This document shows positions 1 through 10,030 of a stretch of 64,000 bases of DNA, piece by piece (positions within the stretch are counted from its first letter, which is position 1; each line of letters starts with the position of its first letter). Both the position numbers and the translations under genes were made by a program. Source of the DNA: Patescibacteria group bacterium (GTDB taxonomy: Bacteria; Patescibacteriota; JABMPQ01; JAHIRA01); contig JAHISJ010000002.1 of the NCBI GenBank assembly GCA_018818205.1, positions 3,895 to 67,894 of the forward strand. Direction: 5' to 3'. The notes below the pieces were generated by a model. That model worked only from the letters and a program-made list of their open reading frames with translations. It was not told the DNA's origin and made no database searches.

Positions 1-1
1 A

Positions 2-166
2 GAAGGCGACCTTTTTACCAAGACCGTTTTGCTTGGGTTTCTCATTGCCTTTATCGCGATTTTAGTGCAGTACCTTACGTTTTCTATTTTGTATATCATG
101 CATGTCTGGTTTGTGATTGGTATGCTTGTTGCACTGCAAAATATGCTTCTTGCTGACAAAAAATAA
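2..166 (+). CDS. 3' end of a membrane protein, probably O-antigen ligase family (partial)
   Basis: Open frame from the window edge to TAA at 164-166, translating as ...LLGFLIAFIAILVQYLTFSILYIMHVWFVIGML...; resembles Wzy_C/WaaL C-termini and sits among glycan genes. Confidence 0.55.
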   Translation, partial: EGDLFTKTVLLGFLIAFIAILVQYLTFSILYIMHVWFVIGMLVALQNMLLADKK

Positions 167-228
167 GCAAAAAAATCCTCCGTGAATCCCGGGTGGGTTC
201 CACGAAGGGGTGTGTGCAAAGAAATGCA

Positions 229-453
229 CTACAACGCTTTCCTTGGATTATGAATAAATCCCAAGGAAAAGCATACAATAATAGCGATGAACGTGAACGT
301 GAAGAAGAGCTTTTGATGCAATAAATCAGACCAGAGAGTAACGATACTTCTTGAACCTTCTGCTCCAGCAAGTAATAAGCAACTCGTTAACATCAACACA
401 AGAACCGCACCAATCACAACAACCACGCCATTCAGAACTCTTTGCTTCAGCAT
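229..453 (-). CDS. small two-TM hypothetical membrane protein
   Basis: 74-aa ORF with two hydrophobic segments and a strong SD (AAGGAGG) upstream of the ATG. Confidence 0.6.
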   Translation of the reverse strand: MLKQRVLNGVVVVIGAVLVLMLTSCLLLAGAEGSRSIVTLWSDLLHQKLFFTFTFIAIIVCFSLGFIHNPRKAL

Positions 454-528
454 GTGACAATCCTCCTTAAAAAAGAAAAATACAATTACTCAACACTTTT
501 GTTAAGCATCGCATTTTAACATAAAATA

Positions 529-1968
529 GTGAAATTGTCAACCCATTTTTCGCAAGCTAAAGCTTATGTCATAGATAATAAATGGCTCTTTGCTATTTTG
601 GTTATTGCTGCTTTTTTAAGGCTTTTTAGCCTTGAAAACTGGCTTCATTTCTCGGGAGATGAAGCACGTGATTTGTTTACAGTACGTTCGATTCTTGAAG
701 ATGGCATACAGCTAGTAGGTCCACCAACATCGCTTGGAAACATTTTTTTAGGTCCTTTTTTTTATTATTTTTCGCTCCCTTTTTATTTTCTTGCCTCAGG
801 GAGCCCCGTTGGGCCTGCGATTGGCGTTGCGCTTCTTGATGTAGTGACAGTAGTACTTATGTACGTGTTCTCTAAGCGACATTTTTCTAAAAATGCGGCA
901 ATAATAGCGTCTTTGCTATACGCTACGGCGTTTACCGTTTTAGTACATGCACGATGGGCATGGAATCCCAACATCATGCCATTTCTTGTCGTAGCTCTCT
1001 TTTTAACGCTCTCCTCCATCTTTTTTTCTAAAACAAGGCAAGGATGGCGCTATTCTACTCGATTTGTGCTTCTTGGCATTATAGTTGGACTGTCGCTTCA
1101 ATCGCACGCGCAAGGTATATGGCTGGTAATTCTTGTAAGTCTTGTCCTGCTTTGGAATAGAACAAAAATTCTTGGCTGGATACTTACCGTTGCTGCGCTT
1201 TTAAGTACGCATATCCCGCTTATTGTGTATGAGGCAAAAACGGGAGGGAACAAAGAAGCATTACGTACATGGATTGCGGAAACACGAACAAGAATACCAT
1301 TGTTTGAGCGTGTAAAAACCGGAGTAGTCGATTTTGTTGAAATAATCAAAGAAATAGTGCTTGGCAATGCATCTTGGACTGTTTTTTTGCTGCTCATTGT
1401 CTTACCACTTATCGTTTTACTTATAGTATATAGAGAGAGAATCAAAACGATTTTCATAGAGAAAAGAATGAGCGAAAAAACTCTTTTTGCACTTGTTTTG
1501 ATCTCTATAACCGGACTACTGACGCTCATTTCATTTTTTCTCTTTGCAGAAAAGAAGTATGTCCATTACACGATAATACTCTTTGTTCCTGTGTTTATTG
1601 GGCTTGGATATGGATTCTCTCTTTTCTTTCGTAGTAGAAAGAAAATCGGCAGCGTATGCGGTGTAGTAGTTATTGCTGCACTTATTGGTATTAATATAGC
1701 AACTTTTTATACAAGTGAAGGATTTTCTGGAAAACAGGTACCTTTTGAGGAGCTTAGATGTGTTGCGCATACTGTTTTAGAGAAAGATGAAGAGGTTTCT
1801 GTGGCTATCCAAAGCGAGCTGCTTGGCATGCAAGAACTTTCGTATGTTGTTGTGTGGCAGGGAGGAACAATACATTCAAAAGAGCCGTATCAATTTGGAG
1901 TAGCGGATGCTGCTAGGGATAGTGAAGGAGTGCAGTGTGGGTCTCTAATAGTTGTTGAGAAAAAATAA
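529..1968 (+). CDS. glycosyltransferase family 39 / ArnT-like (PMT_2) membrane protein
   Basis: FSGDEARD, LVGP...FLGPFFYY and ARWAWNPN motifs; many TM helices. Confidence 0.85.
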   Translation: MKLSTHFSQAKAYVIDNKWLFAILVIAAFLRLFSLENWLHFSGDEARDLFTVRSILEDGIQLVGPPTSLGNIFLGPFFYYFSLPFYFLASGSPVGPAIGVALLDVVTVVLMYVFSKRHFSKNAAIIASLLYATAFTVLVHARWAWNPNIMPFLVVALFLTLSSIFFSKTRQGWRYSTRFVLLGIIVGLSLQSHAQGIWLVILVSLVLLWNRTKILGWILTVAALLSTHIPLIVYEAKTGGNKEALRTWIAETRTRIPLFERVKTGVVDFVEIIKEIVLGNASWTVFLLLIVLPLIVLLIVYRERIKTIFIEKRMSEKTLFALVLISITGLLTLISFFLFAEKKYVHYTIILFVPVFIGLGYGFSLFFRSRKKIGSVCGVVVIAALIGINIATFYTSEGFSGKQVPFEELRCVAHTVLEKDEEVSVAIQSELLGMQELSYVVVWQGGTIHSKEPYQFGVADAARDSEGVQCGSLIVVEKK

Positions 1969-2013
1969 TAACGTGGTACTATACATAAAGGTAATTTGAT
2001 TTAAGGTAAACCA

Positions 2014-2796
2014 ATGACTGCACAAAAAAAAGGTAATAAGAAAAGTTTGCTTCTCACTGTTTTAGTCATTATTTTTGTGATCGGCGTGGGAGTGGTTGTC
2101 GGTGTTTTGATTTTTAGATCAGAAAAGACAGATACTGCTTCAGTAAGCGAACTTTTTAAAAGTGATGAAAATGGCGAGATTCAAGAAATCGAAGAACCAT
2201 CCGTAGAAGATGATCTGACAGAAGAAGAGGTGGCAGAGCTAGAAAAGAAACTTGAGGACGAGATGGAATCTGAACCAGGAACGTACGAGGGATCAGAAGC
2301 TGAACAGAGTGTAGATAAGCAGGTAAGTGAAGAGGATGAGGACGTGTTAAAGAAGGCTGTTGGAGACAAGGGGTTCGTAAACAGAGCATACGGTTACGCG
2401 TTTATTCCGCCTGAGGGATGGTATCCAGATCAAATAAATAGCGATATCTCTCCATTTATTTACTACACAACCTTTGATCCTTCTGAAGTGAAAACTGCGT
2501 CGGAAGTGCCTGGAGCTAAGATTGAAGTTATTGTCCAAGGAAATGTAAAGGATCAAACACTCGATGAGTGGATAGAAGAAGGACACGGATATATGGATGC
2601 AAAGAATACTGAGAAGATAAAAATTGGTGAGCATGATGCAGTGAAGGAAGAAGTCGATTACGAAGGGTCAATGACCGCTGTTACACTTATAAAGGAGGGC
2701 GATGTGTACACATTTGCGCTCTATGGGGACGAGGATACGTACGCAAAAAACAAAGATACCTTTGAAGAAGTAATAAAAAGCATTGTTGTTCTCTAA
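2014..2796 (+). CDS. membrane-anchored PsbP-like domain protein
   Basis: N-terminal TM, acidic linker, YGYAFIPPEGW and a C-terminal FEEVIKSIVVL typical of the PsbP/DcrB fold. Confidence 0.65.
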   Translation: MTAQKKGNKKSLLLTVLVIIFVIGVGVVVGVLIFRSEKTDTASVSELFKSDENGEIQEIEEPSVEDDLTEEEVAELEKKLEDEMESEPGTYEGSEAEQSVDKQVSEEDEDVLKKAVGDKGFVNRAYGYAFIPPEGWYPDQINSDISPFIYYTTFDPSEVKTASEVPGAKIEVIVQGNVKDQTLDEWIEEGHGYMDAKNTEKIKIGEHDAVKEEVDYEGSMTAVTLIKEGDVYTFALYGDEDTYAKNKDTFEEVIKSIVVL

Positions 2797-2807
2797 CGTG
2801 TTGTGTT

Positions 2808-2843
2808 ACAAAAGACCTAAGGTAAAAGAGGTCTTTTGTTTTT
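2808..2843 (+). terminator. probable intrinsic terminator
   Basis: ACAAAAGACCT...AGGTCTTTTGT inverted repeat followed by a T run, just after the stop codon. Confidence 0.6.
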
Positions 2844-2855
2844 ACTTTTTAAGAA

Positions 2856-4004
2856 ATGCGGTACAATACTGATATGAAGACAGTAAACCCAAACATGAAA
2901 AAATGGATTGTAAACGGCTTCTTTGTTGCGGTCTTTTTAGGTATTTTTATTCTCTTTGCCAAGATAATTCTTCCTTTTATTACGCCCATAGTGCTTGCGA
3001 TTTTATTAGGAGCTGTGTTTTTCCCTCTCTACAAGAAGGTGCTCAAGTCTACCAAGGGCAGAGCACGAGTCGCGTCAGCGATAATGTGTGTGCTTATTGT
3101 GCTTATCGTGGTGCTCCCTTTCATTGGGTTTTTGGGAATTTTATCAAAAGAGGCGTTTGATTTTTATATTAGTACCCGGGAGCGTATAGATACCGGCTAT
3201 TATGGACAGTTGATCGATCAAAATATTTGGATTTATGAACGTGCCGCAGGGTTTTTGGAAGGGGTAAATATTCAAACCGATTTTGATTCCCAACGAGATA
3301 CGCTTTTAAACGCAGGGAAGAACGTTGCATTCTATGTGTACGATCAGGCGGGCAATTTTTTAGGAAACATTGTGCAAGCGGTATTCTTCTTTATCGCTAT
3401 TATTTTCATTCTGTACTATCTTTTTAAAGATCATAAGGTGATTGCAAAAACGCTTATGGATCTCTCACCGCTTCCGGATCACTTGGAGCTAAAGCTGGTA
3501 AAACGGGTAGCAGTGGTAGGAAAGGCCGTAGTCTTTGGTAATATGATTACTGCGTTTGTGCAAGGAGTGCTCGGCGGTATTGGATTTTTAGCATTTGGAC
3601 TTGGAAACAGTATTTTTTGGGGGACGGTTATTGGTATTGCATCACTCATCCCATCGGTTGGTGTGTTTGTTGTGGCAATCCCCGCATCCCTTATCTTTTT
3701 TGTGCAGGGCAAAGTGTGGATTGGTATAGGTTTCTTAGCGTATAATTTGCTTATTGTGGGGTCTGTTGACAATATTATGAAGCCAAAGCTCATTGAATCT
3801 AAAATTAATCTCCATCCATTGTTGGTGTTTCTTGGCGTGCTTGGCGGTATGATTGCATTTGGACCACTCGGTATTATTTATGGACCGCTTATTGTTACCC
3901 TTTTTGTGTCTTTCTTGAGTATTTACAAAGACTACTTCCGTGATGGTGAGTTTCATGAAGAGCCAAACAGGAAGCAGTCGCAGTTAGTAAAAACAAAAGC
4001 CTAA
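2856..4004 (+). CDS. AI-2E family transporter
   Basis: SVDNIMKPKLI and LHPLLVFLGVLGGMIAFGPLGIIYGP motifs. Confidence 0.9.
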   Translation: MRYNTDMKTVNPNMKKWIVNGFFVAVFLGIFILFAKIILPFITPIVLAILLGAVFFPLYKKVLKSTKGRARVASAIMCVLIVLIVVLPFIGFLGILSKEAFDFYISTRERIDTGYYGQLIDQNIWIYERAAGFLEGVNIQTDFDSQRDTLLNAGKNVAFYVYDQAGNFLGNIVQAVFFFIAIIFILYYLFKDHKVIAKTLMDLSPLPDHLELKLVKRVAVVGKAVVFGNMITAFVQGVLGGIGFLAFGLGNSIFWGTVIGIASLIPSVGVFVVAIPASLIFFVQGKVWIGIGFLAYNLLIVGSVDNIMKPKLIESKINLHPLLVFLGVLGGMIAFGPLGIIYGPLIVTLFVSFLSIYKDYFRDGEFHEEPNRKQSQLVKTKA

Positions 4005-4013
4005 ACGTAGACC

Positions 4014-5834
4014 ATGAAGAAATTTTTTGCGTACGTTGATAAGCATTCAGGGTTCTTTGCAGGGATTTTGCTTACCATTATGGTTCTCCTGTCATTTTTC
4101 AGTATGTATTACGATTCGGCGATAATGGATGAGGTTGCTCATGTCCCTGCAGGATATAGTTATGATAAATACCATGACTATAGGTTAAACCCCGAACATC
4201 CGCCGCTTGCAAAGGCACTTTCCGGTGTACCGCTACTCTTCCAGAAAATGGTGTTTCCGGTAGATCTCCCTGATTGGAGTGAGAAGATCAATGGGCAATG
4301 GGAAGTTGGCTGGAAGTTTTTGTATGAGCGGGGGAATGACCCCGACACTATTTTGCTTTCTTCTCGTATTCCAATGCTCCTGATTATGGTGGTGCTGGGG
4401 ATATACTTGTATCTTTGGACCAAGAAACTCTTTGGGAGAAAAGCCGCGGTACTGGCCATGATACTTTTTGCCTTTTCACCAAATCTTATTGCACATTCTA
4501 GGTTTGTCACCACTGACATTGCGGCAACACTGGGTGTAATGATGGGGCTCTACCACTTTGTAAACTACTTAAAAAAACCCACATGGTCCAACATTCTTAT
4601 TGCAATGGTTGCGCTTTCTGTGGCTCAATTACTTAAATTTTCTTGTTTTGTGCTCTATCCTATGATGGGGCTCATTTTACTGTTTGTACTCTTTTACAAA
4701 AAGAAGCCGGCATCATGGCTCCATTATGTAAGCTCGTTTGTACTTATGTGTTTAGGGAGTTTGGTCATTATCAACCTTGTCTATTTACCGTTTATTTATA
4801 AAATGCCCGTTGAACTGCAGCATGAGACAATCTCATACTATTTTCCTGTGATGGAAACCACAGATGCAAAAGAGTTGGTTGGTCAGTATGGGCAGCAGAT
4901 TATGCATACACTTACCAATAGTCCTATTACACGACCGTTTGCATACTATCTCCTGGGTCTCTTCATGGTGTTTGTTCGGGTAACTAGCGGGAACACAACG
5001 TACTTTCTTGGCGAGACATCAAATCAATCGTGGTGGTATTTTTATCCGGTGGCAATTGCTATAAAAACACCAATCGTTACACTCCTTTTGACGCTTGGCG
5101 CACTCATTTTTTCTGTAGGACTTGGTGTGCGGTTTGGCAAGAAATTGTTTACGGATCTGCCAAAAGGAATATGGAGAAAAACAAAAACCATTTGGAATAG
5201 AAAATTTCAAGCCGTATGGAACACGCTTGATCAGTGGGTGGCCATCTTTGTTATTGTATTGTTTGTGGGAACGGGGATTGTAGGCAATCTCAATATTGGG
5301 CTCAGGCACATGTTTCCTATGTATCCGTTTTGGTTTATGCTTATTGCCGGTGCGTTTGTGCTGATGCATACTATGCTTAAGGGTAAGGTACGTTTTGCAA
5401 GCAATGTTGTTATCTCAATTTTGGTCGTCTTATATGTCGCAACAAACCTCATGGTGTTCCCCCACTATTTGGCTTACTTCAATGAACTAATTGGTGGTCC
5501 ACAGAATGGCTACAAATATATGGTCGATTCTAACCTTGATTGGGGGCAGGATTTACGAAGGCTTACACAGTTTGTAGATGAAAACAATATTGATGAGATT
5601 AAAGTGGATTATTTTGGCGGAGGAGATCCACACTATTATCTCAAAGATAGATACGTGGAATGGCACGCAAACGATGGTAAAACGACCGGATGGATTGCAG
5701 TGTCTGCTACCTATTTTCAAAACAGCAAATACTATTCACGCGTGCGTGGAGAAGAGGATTACTCGTGGCTTGAGGCGTATGAACCAGAGGCTATAATCGG
5801 GCACTCTATCTTGGTTTACAACATCAATAAGTAA
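4014..5834 (+). CDS. glycosyltransferase family 39 / ArnT-like protein
   Basis: MDEVAHVPAGY, RLNPEHPPLAK and DSNLDWGQDL motifs. Confidence 0.88.
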   Translation: MKKFFAYVDKHSGFFAGILLTIMVLLSFFSMYYDSAIMDEVAHVPAGYSYDKYHDYRLNPEHPPLAKALSGVPLLFQKMVFPVDLPDWSEKINGQWEVGWKFLYERGNDPDTILLSSRIPMLLIMVVLGIYLYLWTKKLFGRKAAVLAMILFAFSPNLIAHSRFVTTDIAATLGVMMGLYHFVNYLKKPTWSNILIAMVALSVAQLLKFSCFVLYPMMGLILLFVLFYKKKPASWLHYVSSFVLMCLGSLVIINLVYLPFIYKMPVELQHETISYYFPVMETTDAKELVGQYGQQIMHTLTNSPITRPFAYYLLGLFMVFVRVTSGNTTYFLGETSNQSWWYFYPVAIAIKTPIVTLLLTLGALIFSVGLGVRFGKKLFTDLPKGIWRKTKTIWNRKFQAVWNTLDQWVAIFVIVLFVGTGIVGNLNIGLRHMFPMYPFWFMLIAGAFVLMHTMLKGKVRFASNVVISILVVLYVATNLMVFPHYLAYFNELIGGPQNGYKYMVDSNLDWGQDLRRLTQFVDENNIDEIKVDYFGGGDPHYYLKDRYVEWHANDGKTTGWIAVSATYFQNSKYYSRVRGEEDYSWLEAYEPEAIIGHSILVYNINK

Positions 5835-5835
5835 C

Positions 5836-7122
5836 ATGGATCTTATACTCATCGGCTGTGGCTTACTGCTCTATGTATTTTTTTCGTACTTAAAACCAAA
5901 AATAGCTTTTGCCGTTTTAGGAGCCTCGCTTCCGTTGTATCTCATACGGTTTTCAGTTGCAGGAATTCCTTTTACGGTGCTTGAAGGAATGATTTTGGTG
6001 TTGCTTATAGTGTGCATTGCTCGTTCAATGGTAAAAAAAACGTTAATCAGTCAAGCAAGAGATCTTATTGCTTCGTACAAAACGTTGATAGTGCTCTGTG
6101 CGTTACTGCTCCTCTTTTCAGGAATTGCCGCAGTGTATGCGGTTAACGTAAGTGCGGCACTTGGCATATATAAGGCGTACTTTGTTGAGCCGATCATTGT
6201 GTTGTTCTTGTTTTTAACACTTATACAAAGAAAAAAAGATGTTTTGAATGTTCTTTATGGCATTTCCCTGTCCGTTGGCATAGTCTCGATTACTGCAATT
6301 ATTCAATATTTTTTTGTTATTGGTATTCCAGAAGGGTATATTGAACCAGTCAAGCGTGCAACGTCTTTTTTTCCGTATCCAGCGGCACTCGCATTGTTTT
6401 TGACACCGTTTTTAGTGTTGCTTGTAGTACTTCTATGTAAGAATTTTTTTGAAAGTGTGTGGGCAAAGTATAGTATTGCATGCATGACGCTTCTTGGTAT
6501 TGTTGCTTTGGTTCTCTCGCGGGCAGAAGGAGGCATTGGCGCGCTATTTGTCGTGCTATTTATCTTCGGACTTTTTACTAAGGTGAGATGGTACGTTCTT
6601 ACTGCAGGAGTCGTTGGTGTGTTGCTAACTCTATTTGTGCCGACACTAAGAATGCAAGCAATAGAGATACTTACTTTTCAGGATGTTTCGGGCGAGGTGC
6701 GGTTAGCACTCTGGGAGGGGACAGCAAATCTCATAAAAGCACAGCCTATTAAAGGCGCAGGCCTTGCCTCATTCCCTGAAGTCTATGAGCAATACAAGCT
6801 TGCGCGGCATACAGAGCTTCTAGTATATCCGCACAACATTGTGCTCAATTTTTGGGTAGAAATAGGGCTTTTGGGGTTACTTTCGATTATAGGATTGCTT
6901 GTCTATTTCTTTAATAAAGCAGGAAAAATAATCAAAAGGTGTGCAAAAAAACAGTGGTGTGCAACTCTCAGTAGCGCCTCATTGTTTGCTATGGTTGCAC
7001 TTATTATTTACGGACTGGTTGAAGTACCTTTTTTTAAAAATGATCTCTCTGTGCAGTTTTTTCTTGTTATTGGGCTTGGCGTAATGTGTTTAGTAAAACA
7101 AAAAGAGTGTCAATCCTCTTGA
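5836..7122 (+). CDS. O-antigen ligase family protein
   Basis: SGEVRLALW, GAGLASF and YPHNIVLNFWVEIGLLG (Wzy_C) motifs. Confidence 0.88.
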   Translation: MDLILIGCGLLLYVFFSYLKPKIAFAVLGASLPLYLIRFSVAGIPFTVLEGMILVLLIVCIARSMVKKTLISQARDLIASYKTLIVLCALLLLFSGIAAVYAVNVSAALGIYKAYFVEPIIVLFLFLTLIQRKKDVLNVLYGISLSVGIVSITAIIQYFFVIGIPEGYIEPVKRATSFFPYPAALALFLTPFLVLLVVLLCKNFFESVWAKYSIACMTLLGIVALVLSRAEGGIGALFVVLFIFGLFTKVRWYVLTAGVVGVLLTLFVPTLRMQAIEILTFQDVSGEVRLALWEGTANLIKAQPIKGAGLASFPEVYEQYKLARHTELLVYPHNIVLNFWVEIGLLGLLSIIGLLVYFFNKAGKIIKRCAKKQWCATLSSASLFAMVALIIYGLVEVPFFKNDLSVQFFLVIGLGVMCLVKQKECQSS

Positions 7123-7183
7123 CTTTAGCAGGTTTTTTGTTAGGATAGGGGCATCTTTTGACCCCATATTCCAAGGAGGAATT

Positions 7184-7657
7184 ATGAATGAAAAAGGATT
7201 CGCAGTAGTAATTAGCGATCAAAAACTAAGCACAACGTTTAGCGAAAAACTTAGGCAATTAGGCTTTAAAATTGTTTCGATTGAGTCTATTTTTGCAACG
7301 CAGTGTGAAAGTGCTTATATCGCTAAAAAAATGCATGAGGTGATAGGCGTATTTGCAGGTAGCATTCATATCTTTTTTTTGAATGCCGCTGGCATGGACT
7401 CAGAATATGCTTTTGAGCGTATCACTACTAGTATTGCGATCTTTCGAAAAAAACTTACCCCGCAGCAGCGTAAAAAAGTTACCTTTACTCTTTGCGACGA
7501 TGATCCCTTAGCAATGGTTGGGTCTTTTAGTCAGATGGGTGTGTTATTGTTAGCCCCTCCTCAAGGTGCGGGTCGCAGCGGTTGCTGTGGAGGAGAACGC
7601 TCAGAAGAAGAGAAAGATCATGAGTGCCAATGTCCTGGAGGGGGCGGGACAAAATAA
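7184..7657 (+). CDS. hypothetical protein with a Cys/Gly-rich C-terminal tail
   Basis: Strong SD AAGGAGGA; a terminator follows; tail reads GCCGG...HECQCPGGGG. Confidence 0.7.
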   Translation: MNEKGFAVVISDQKLSTTFSEKLRQLGFKIVSIESIFATQCESAYIAKKMHEVIGVFAGSIHIFFLNAAGMDSEYAFERITTSIAIFRKKLTPQQRKKVTFTLCDDDPLAMVGSFSQMGVLLLAPPQGAGRSGCCGGERSEEEKDHECQCPGGGGTK

Positions 7658-7685
7658 TGTTTAAAAAATACGAAGAACAGTTTGT

Positions 7686-7714
7686 GGCAAGAGAGACCTC
7701 TCTTGCCTTTTTTT
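7686..7714 (+). terminator. intrinsic terminator
   Basis: GGCAAGAGAG-AC-CTCTCTTGCC followed by T7. Confidence 0.75.
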
Positions 7715-7784
7715 GTAGCGTGCTCTTGAAAAAAGTACAGTGCTATGGTACGTTTATAAGCTTACATTTTTTGAAGGAGGATTC

Positions 7785-8249
7785 ATGAAAAAGAAGGTAA
7801 AAATGTTTATTTTTACACTAGATTCTGTTGAGGCTGAGCTTATCAATCGTGCTGCAGGCAAGCTGTCCATTTCTGTTGGTGGCGTTTTCAATTTAACAGA
7901 TATCCATAGCAAGTATGAAGTTCTTGCACATAAATGTTTTGAAACGTTGCTCTCTGACCCCGACGCATTCTGGATCATTACTATGGAGATGGGATGGACA
8001 TCTAATGGCCTTCTAGCAACGCTGCAAGCGCATAAAAATCAATATGATTGTGTGCGACTTATGTATTATCTTAGCGGTATGCTTTCTGCTGAGATGCGAT
8101 CAAGAGTGCATATTATTCTTATGGATGCAGATGTTGAAGGTATTGATGATGCATTTCTTCCTGATCTTAAACGCACACAAATAGATGAGAAAGGAATTGA
8201 ACCAGTTCTAGGGCAGTTAATTACAGACTTTCTTGAGAATTCTTCTTAA
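7785..8249 (+). CDS. hypothetical protein
   Basis: ORF track start moved to ATG 7785, which follows the SD GAAGGAGG. Confidence 0.7.
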   Translation: MKKKVKMFIFTLDSVEAELINRAAGKLSISVGGVFNLTDIHSKYEVLAHKCFETLLSDPDAFWIITMEMGWTSNGLLATLQAHKNQYDCVRLMYYLSGMLSAEMRSRVHIILMDADVEGIDDAFLPDLKRTQIDEKGIEPVLGQLITDFLENSS

Positions 8250-8321
8250 GGAACTTCAGAAACACGTATTTTCTTAGAGGCCACACGCTTCATTTGTGGT
8301 AAAGAGCCCAAAATGTTCTCT

Positions 8322-9269
8322 CTAACCTCTTCTGGCACTTTTAAATAACTCTAGCATCTCATTAGGTGTTTTACCATCCAGACCGCAATGCTCCAGATCA
8401 TTGTACTCGTTGTTCCATCTTCGTATTCTTCTCTTGAGAGATAAAACAGAGTTAAATGTATACCTAGAATAGACCTTCTCCTGATCTTCCCGGTGACTTC
8501 TCTCAACCGTACCATTTTGAGCAGGCTTCCCCGGATCAATGAGATAGTGCACTATGTGGTGCTTTGCACAGAAGCGATCTAGTGCATGAATTCTTTTTAC
8601 CGTCATGTCTGATCTCTTGTTCGTCCCCGTGTAGTAGTTGGTGAATGTAGAGTGATTATCGGTCTTAATGGCATCTATTTTAGAAGGAAACCGATTCATT
8701 ACTTCTTTGAGAAACAGAATGGAGTGATAACTTGATTGTTCATCATAGATCTTTAAGTATCTCCACCTGCTTGCAGTGTCAATGGCTGTATATTGGTAGT
8801 ACTTATGGCCTGCTATTGGTCCTGGAACGTGTTTAACGTCAATCTCGAGCAATTCTCCCGGTTTCCTCTGAGCTTTGATGTACGTGCACCTCACCTTCTT
8901 CTTCCGGTACGTTCTTACCAGTCCTTCCTTCTTGATGATCTTCCCAATGGTTCTGACCGGAACCTTAACGCCTTCTTTATTCAATCTCCAGTTCAGTTTC
9001 TGAGCACAGAGACTCGTTTTCTTACGAAGCGCAATCACCTGTTCTTTAACCGCAATAGATGTTTCATTATGATAGCGTTTTGGTTCAGTTGACTTGGGTT
9101 CTAAACCACTCTCGCCAACCTTTCGGTACACCGAGACCCATCGCTCAAGACTTCTTTTACTGTACGGGCACACCTTAGCGGCATCTACGAGCTTAATCTC
9201 CTTATTCACAATGGGCAAAACCCATCGCAGTCGTTCTTCTCTAATTGTTGTAGACATAGTAATACACAT
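8322..9269 (-). CDS. IS481-family transposase (HTH plus rve integrase core)
   Basis: DDE motifs EIDVK, KTDNH and QNGTVERSHR; N-terminal HTH RSLERWV. Confidence 0.9.
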   Translation of the reverse strand: MCITMSTTIREERLRWVLPIVNKEIKLVDAAKVCPYSKRSLERWVSVYRKVGESGLEPKSTEPKRYHNETSIAVKEQVIALRKKTSLCAQKLNWRLNKEGVKVPVRTIGKIIKKEGLVRTYRKKKVRCTYIKAQRKPGELLEIDVKHVPGPIAGHKYYQYTAIDTASRWRYLKIYDEQSSYHSILFLKEVMNRFPSKIDAIKTDNHSTFTNYYTGTNKRSDMTVKRIHALDRFCAKHHIVHYLIDPGKPAQNGTVERSHREDQEKVYSRYTFNSVLSLKRRIRRWNNEYNDLEHCGLDGKTPNEMLELFKSARRG

Positions 9270-9325
9270 AGTATTCTCAGGAAAGCATATCCTGAGAATA
9301 CCGCCATATGTGTGTGCACATTACC
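8322..9325 (-). mobile_element. IS481-family insertion sequence (ends not resolved)
   Basis: Intact transposase with a perfect 12-bp inverted repeat upstream (9271-9301); no matching terminal IR was found at the downstream end. Confidence 0.65.
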
Positions 9326-9438
9326 GAAATGTCTTGACAAAAACAATATCATGTGCTAAAATCCCATTTGTTATTGTACTTTCCAGATGCGGTAGTGTCC
9401 ATTGTGGGTGCTGCTGTGAATGGAAAATAGGAGGAATC

Positions 9439-9783
9439 ATGTTAGAAATGATTTTAGGAATTCTAAAAGATTTTTTGTCGATTTTTTACCCCGTTAGACA
9501 GATGTCGATTGTGACCGTATTTAGTTTGATTATGGGACTCGTTTCATTGTGGAAAATCATTCAACAAAAACGTTGGAAGTACCGTGAGAACGGTATTTTA
9601 AAGTCGATTCCAGAAGATTCTCCCGAAGCGTGGGCTACGAAGTCCACTTTGGGAAAAATTGGACGTGAACATGGTGGCCATGTTCAGGGTTTAAAACATG
9701 TTATTAAATCAGAAGGCTTGTTTGGATGGAAAAAAGTTATCGAAGTTACTTATCCTATTCAAGAGAAGGCCGAGCAAAAATAA
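9439..9783 (+). CDS. hypothetical membrane protein
   Basis: ATG after the SD AGGAGG; one TM. The longer ORF-track start overlaps the IS and was rejected. Confidence 0.65.
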   Translation: MLEMILGILKDFLSIFYPVRQMSIVTVFSLIMGLVSLWKIIQQKRWKYRENGILKSIPEDSPEAWATKSTLGKIGREHGGHVQGLKHVIKSEGLFGWKKVIEVTYPIQEKAEQK

Positions 9784-10030
9784 AGCTCATAGGCCAAAAC
9801 CTCTTTTGTCTTAACCTAACATAAACCTCCTCTCACAAGCTGGGACGAGGTGAAGGGTTAAAGACAAAGACAGGAAGGGGTTTCTCTACACTATTATACA
9901 TTACAAATGAAGCGACCTGTCCGCTTCTCTCCTGTGCCGGTCACGAAGAGGCGTGATCCGTAGAGGAGATATATGATGCTTTGCGCATCGTGCTTTAAAA
10001 AACAAAAAAAGAGCCGTTACCCGGTGTTTC

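Noticed and set aside
9094-9438. N-terminal extension of the 229-aa ORF
   Set aside because: It overlaps the transposase on the opposite strand, and a strong SD supports ATG 9439.
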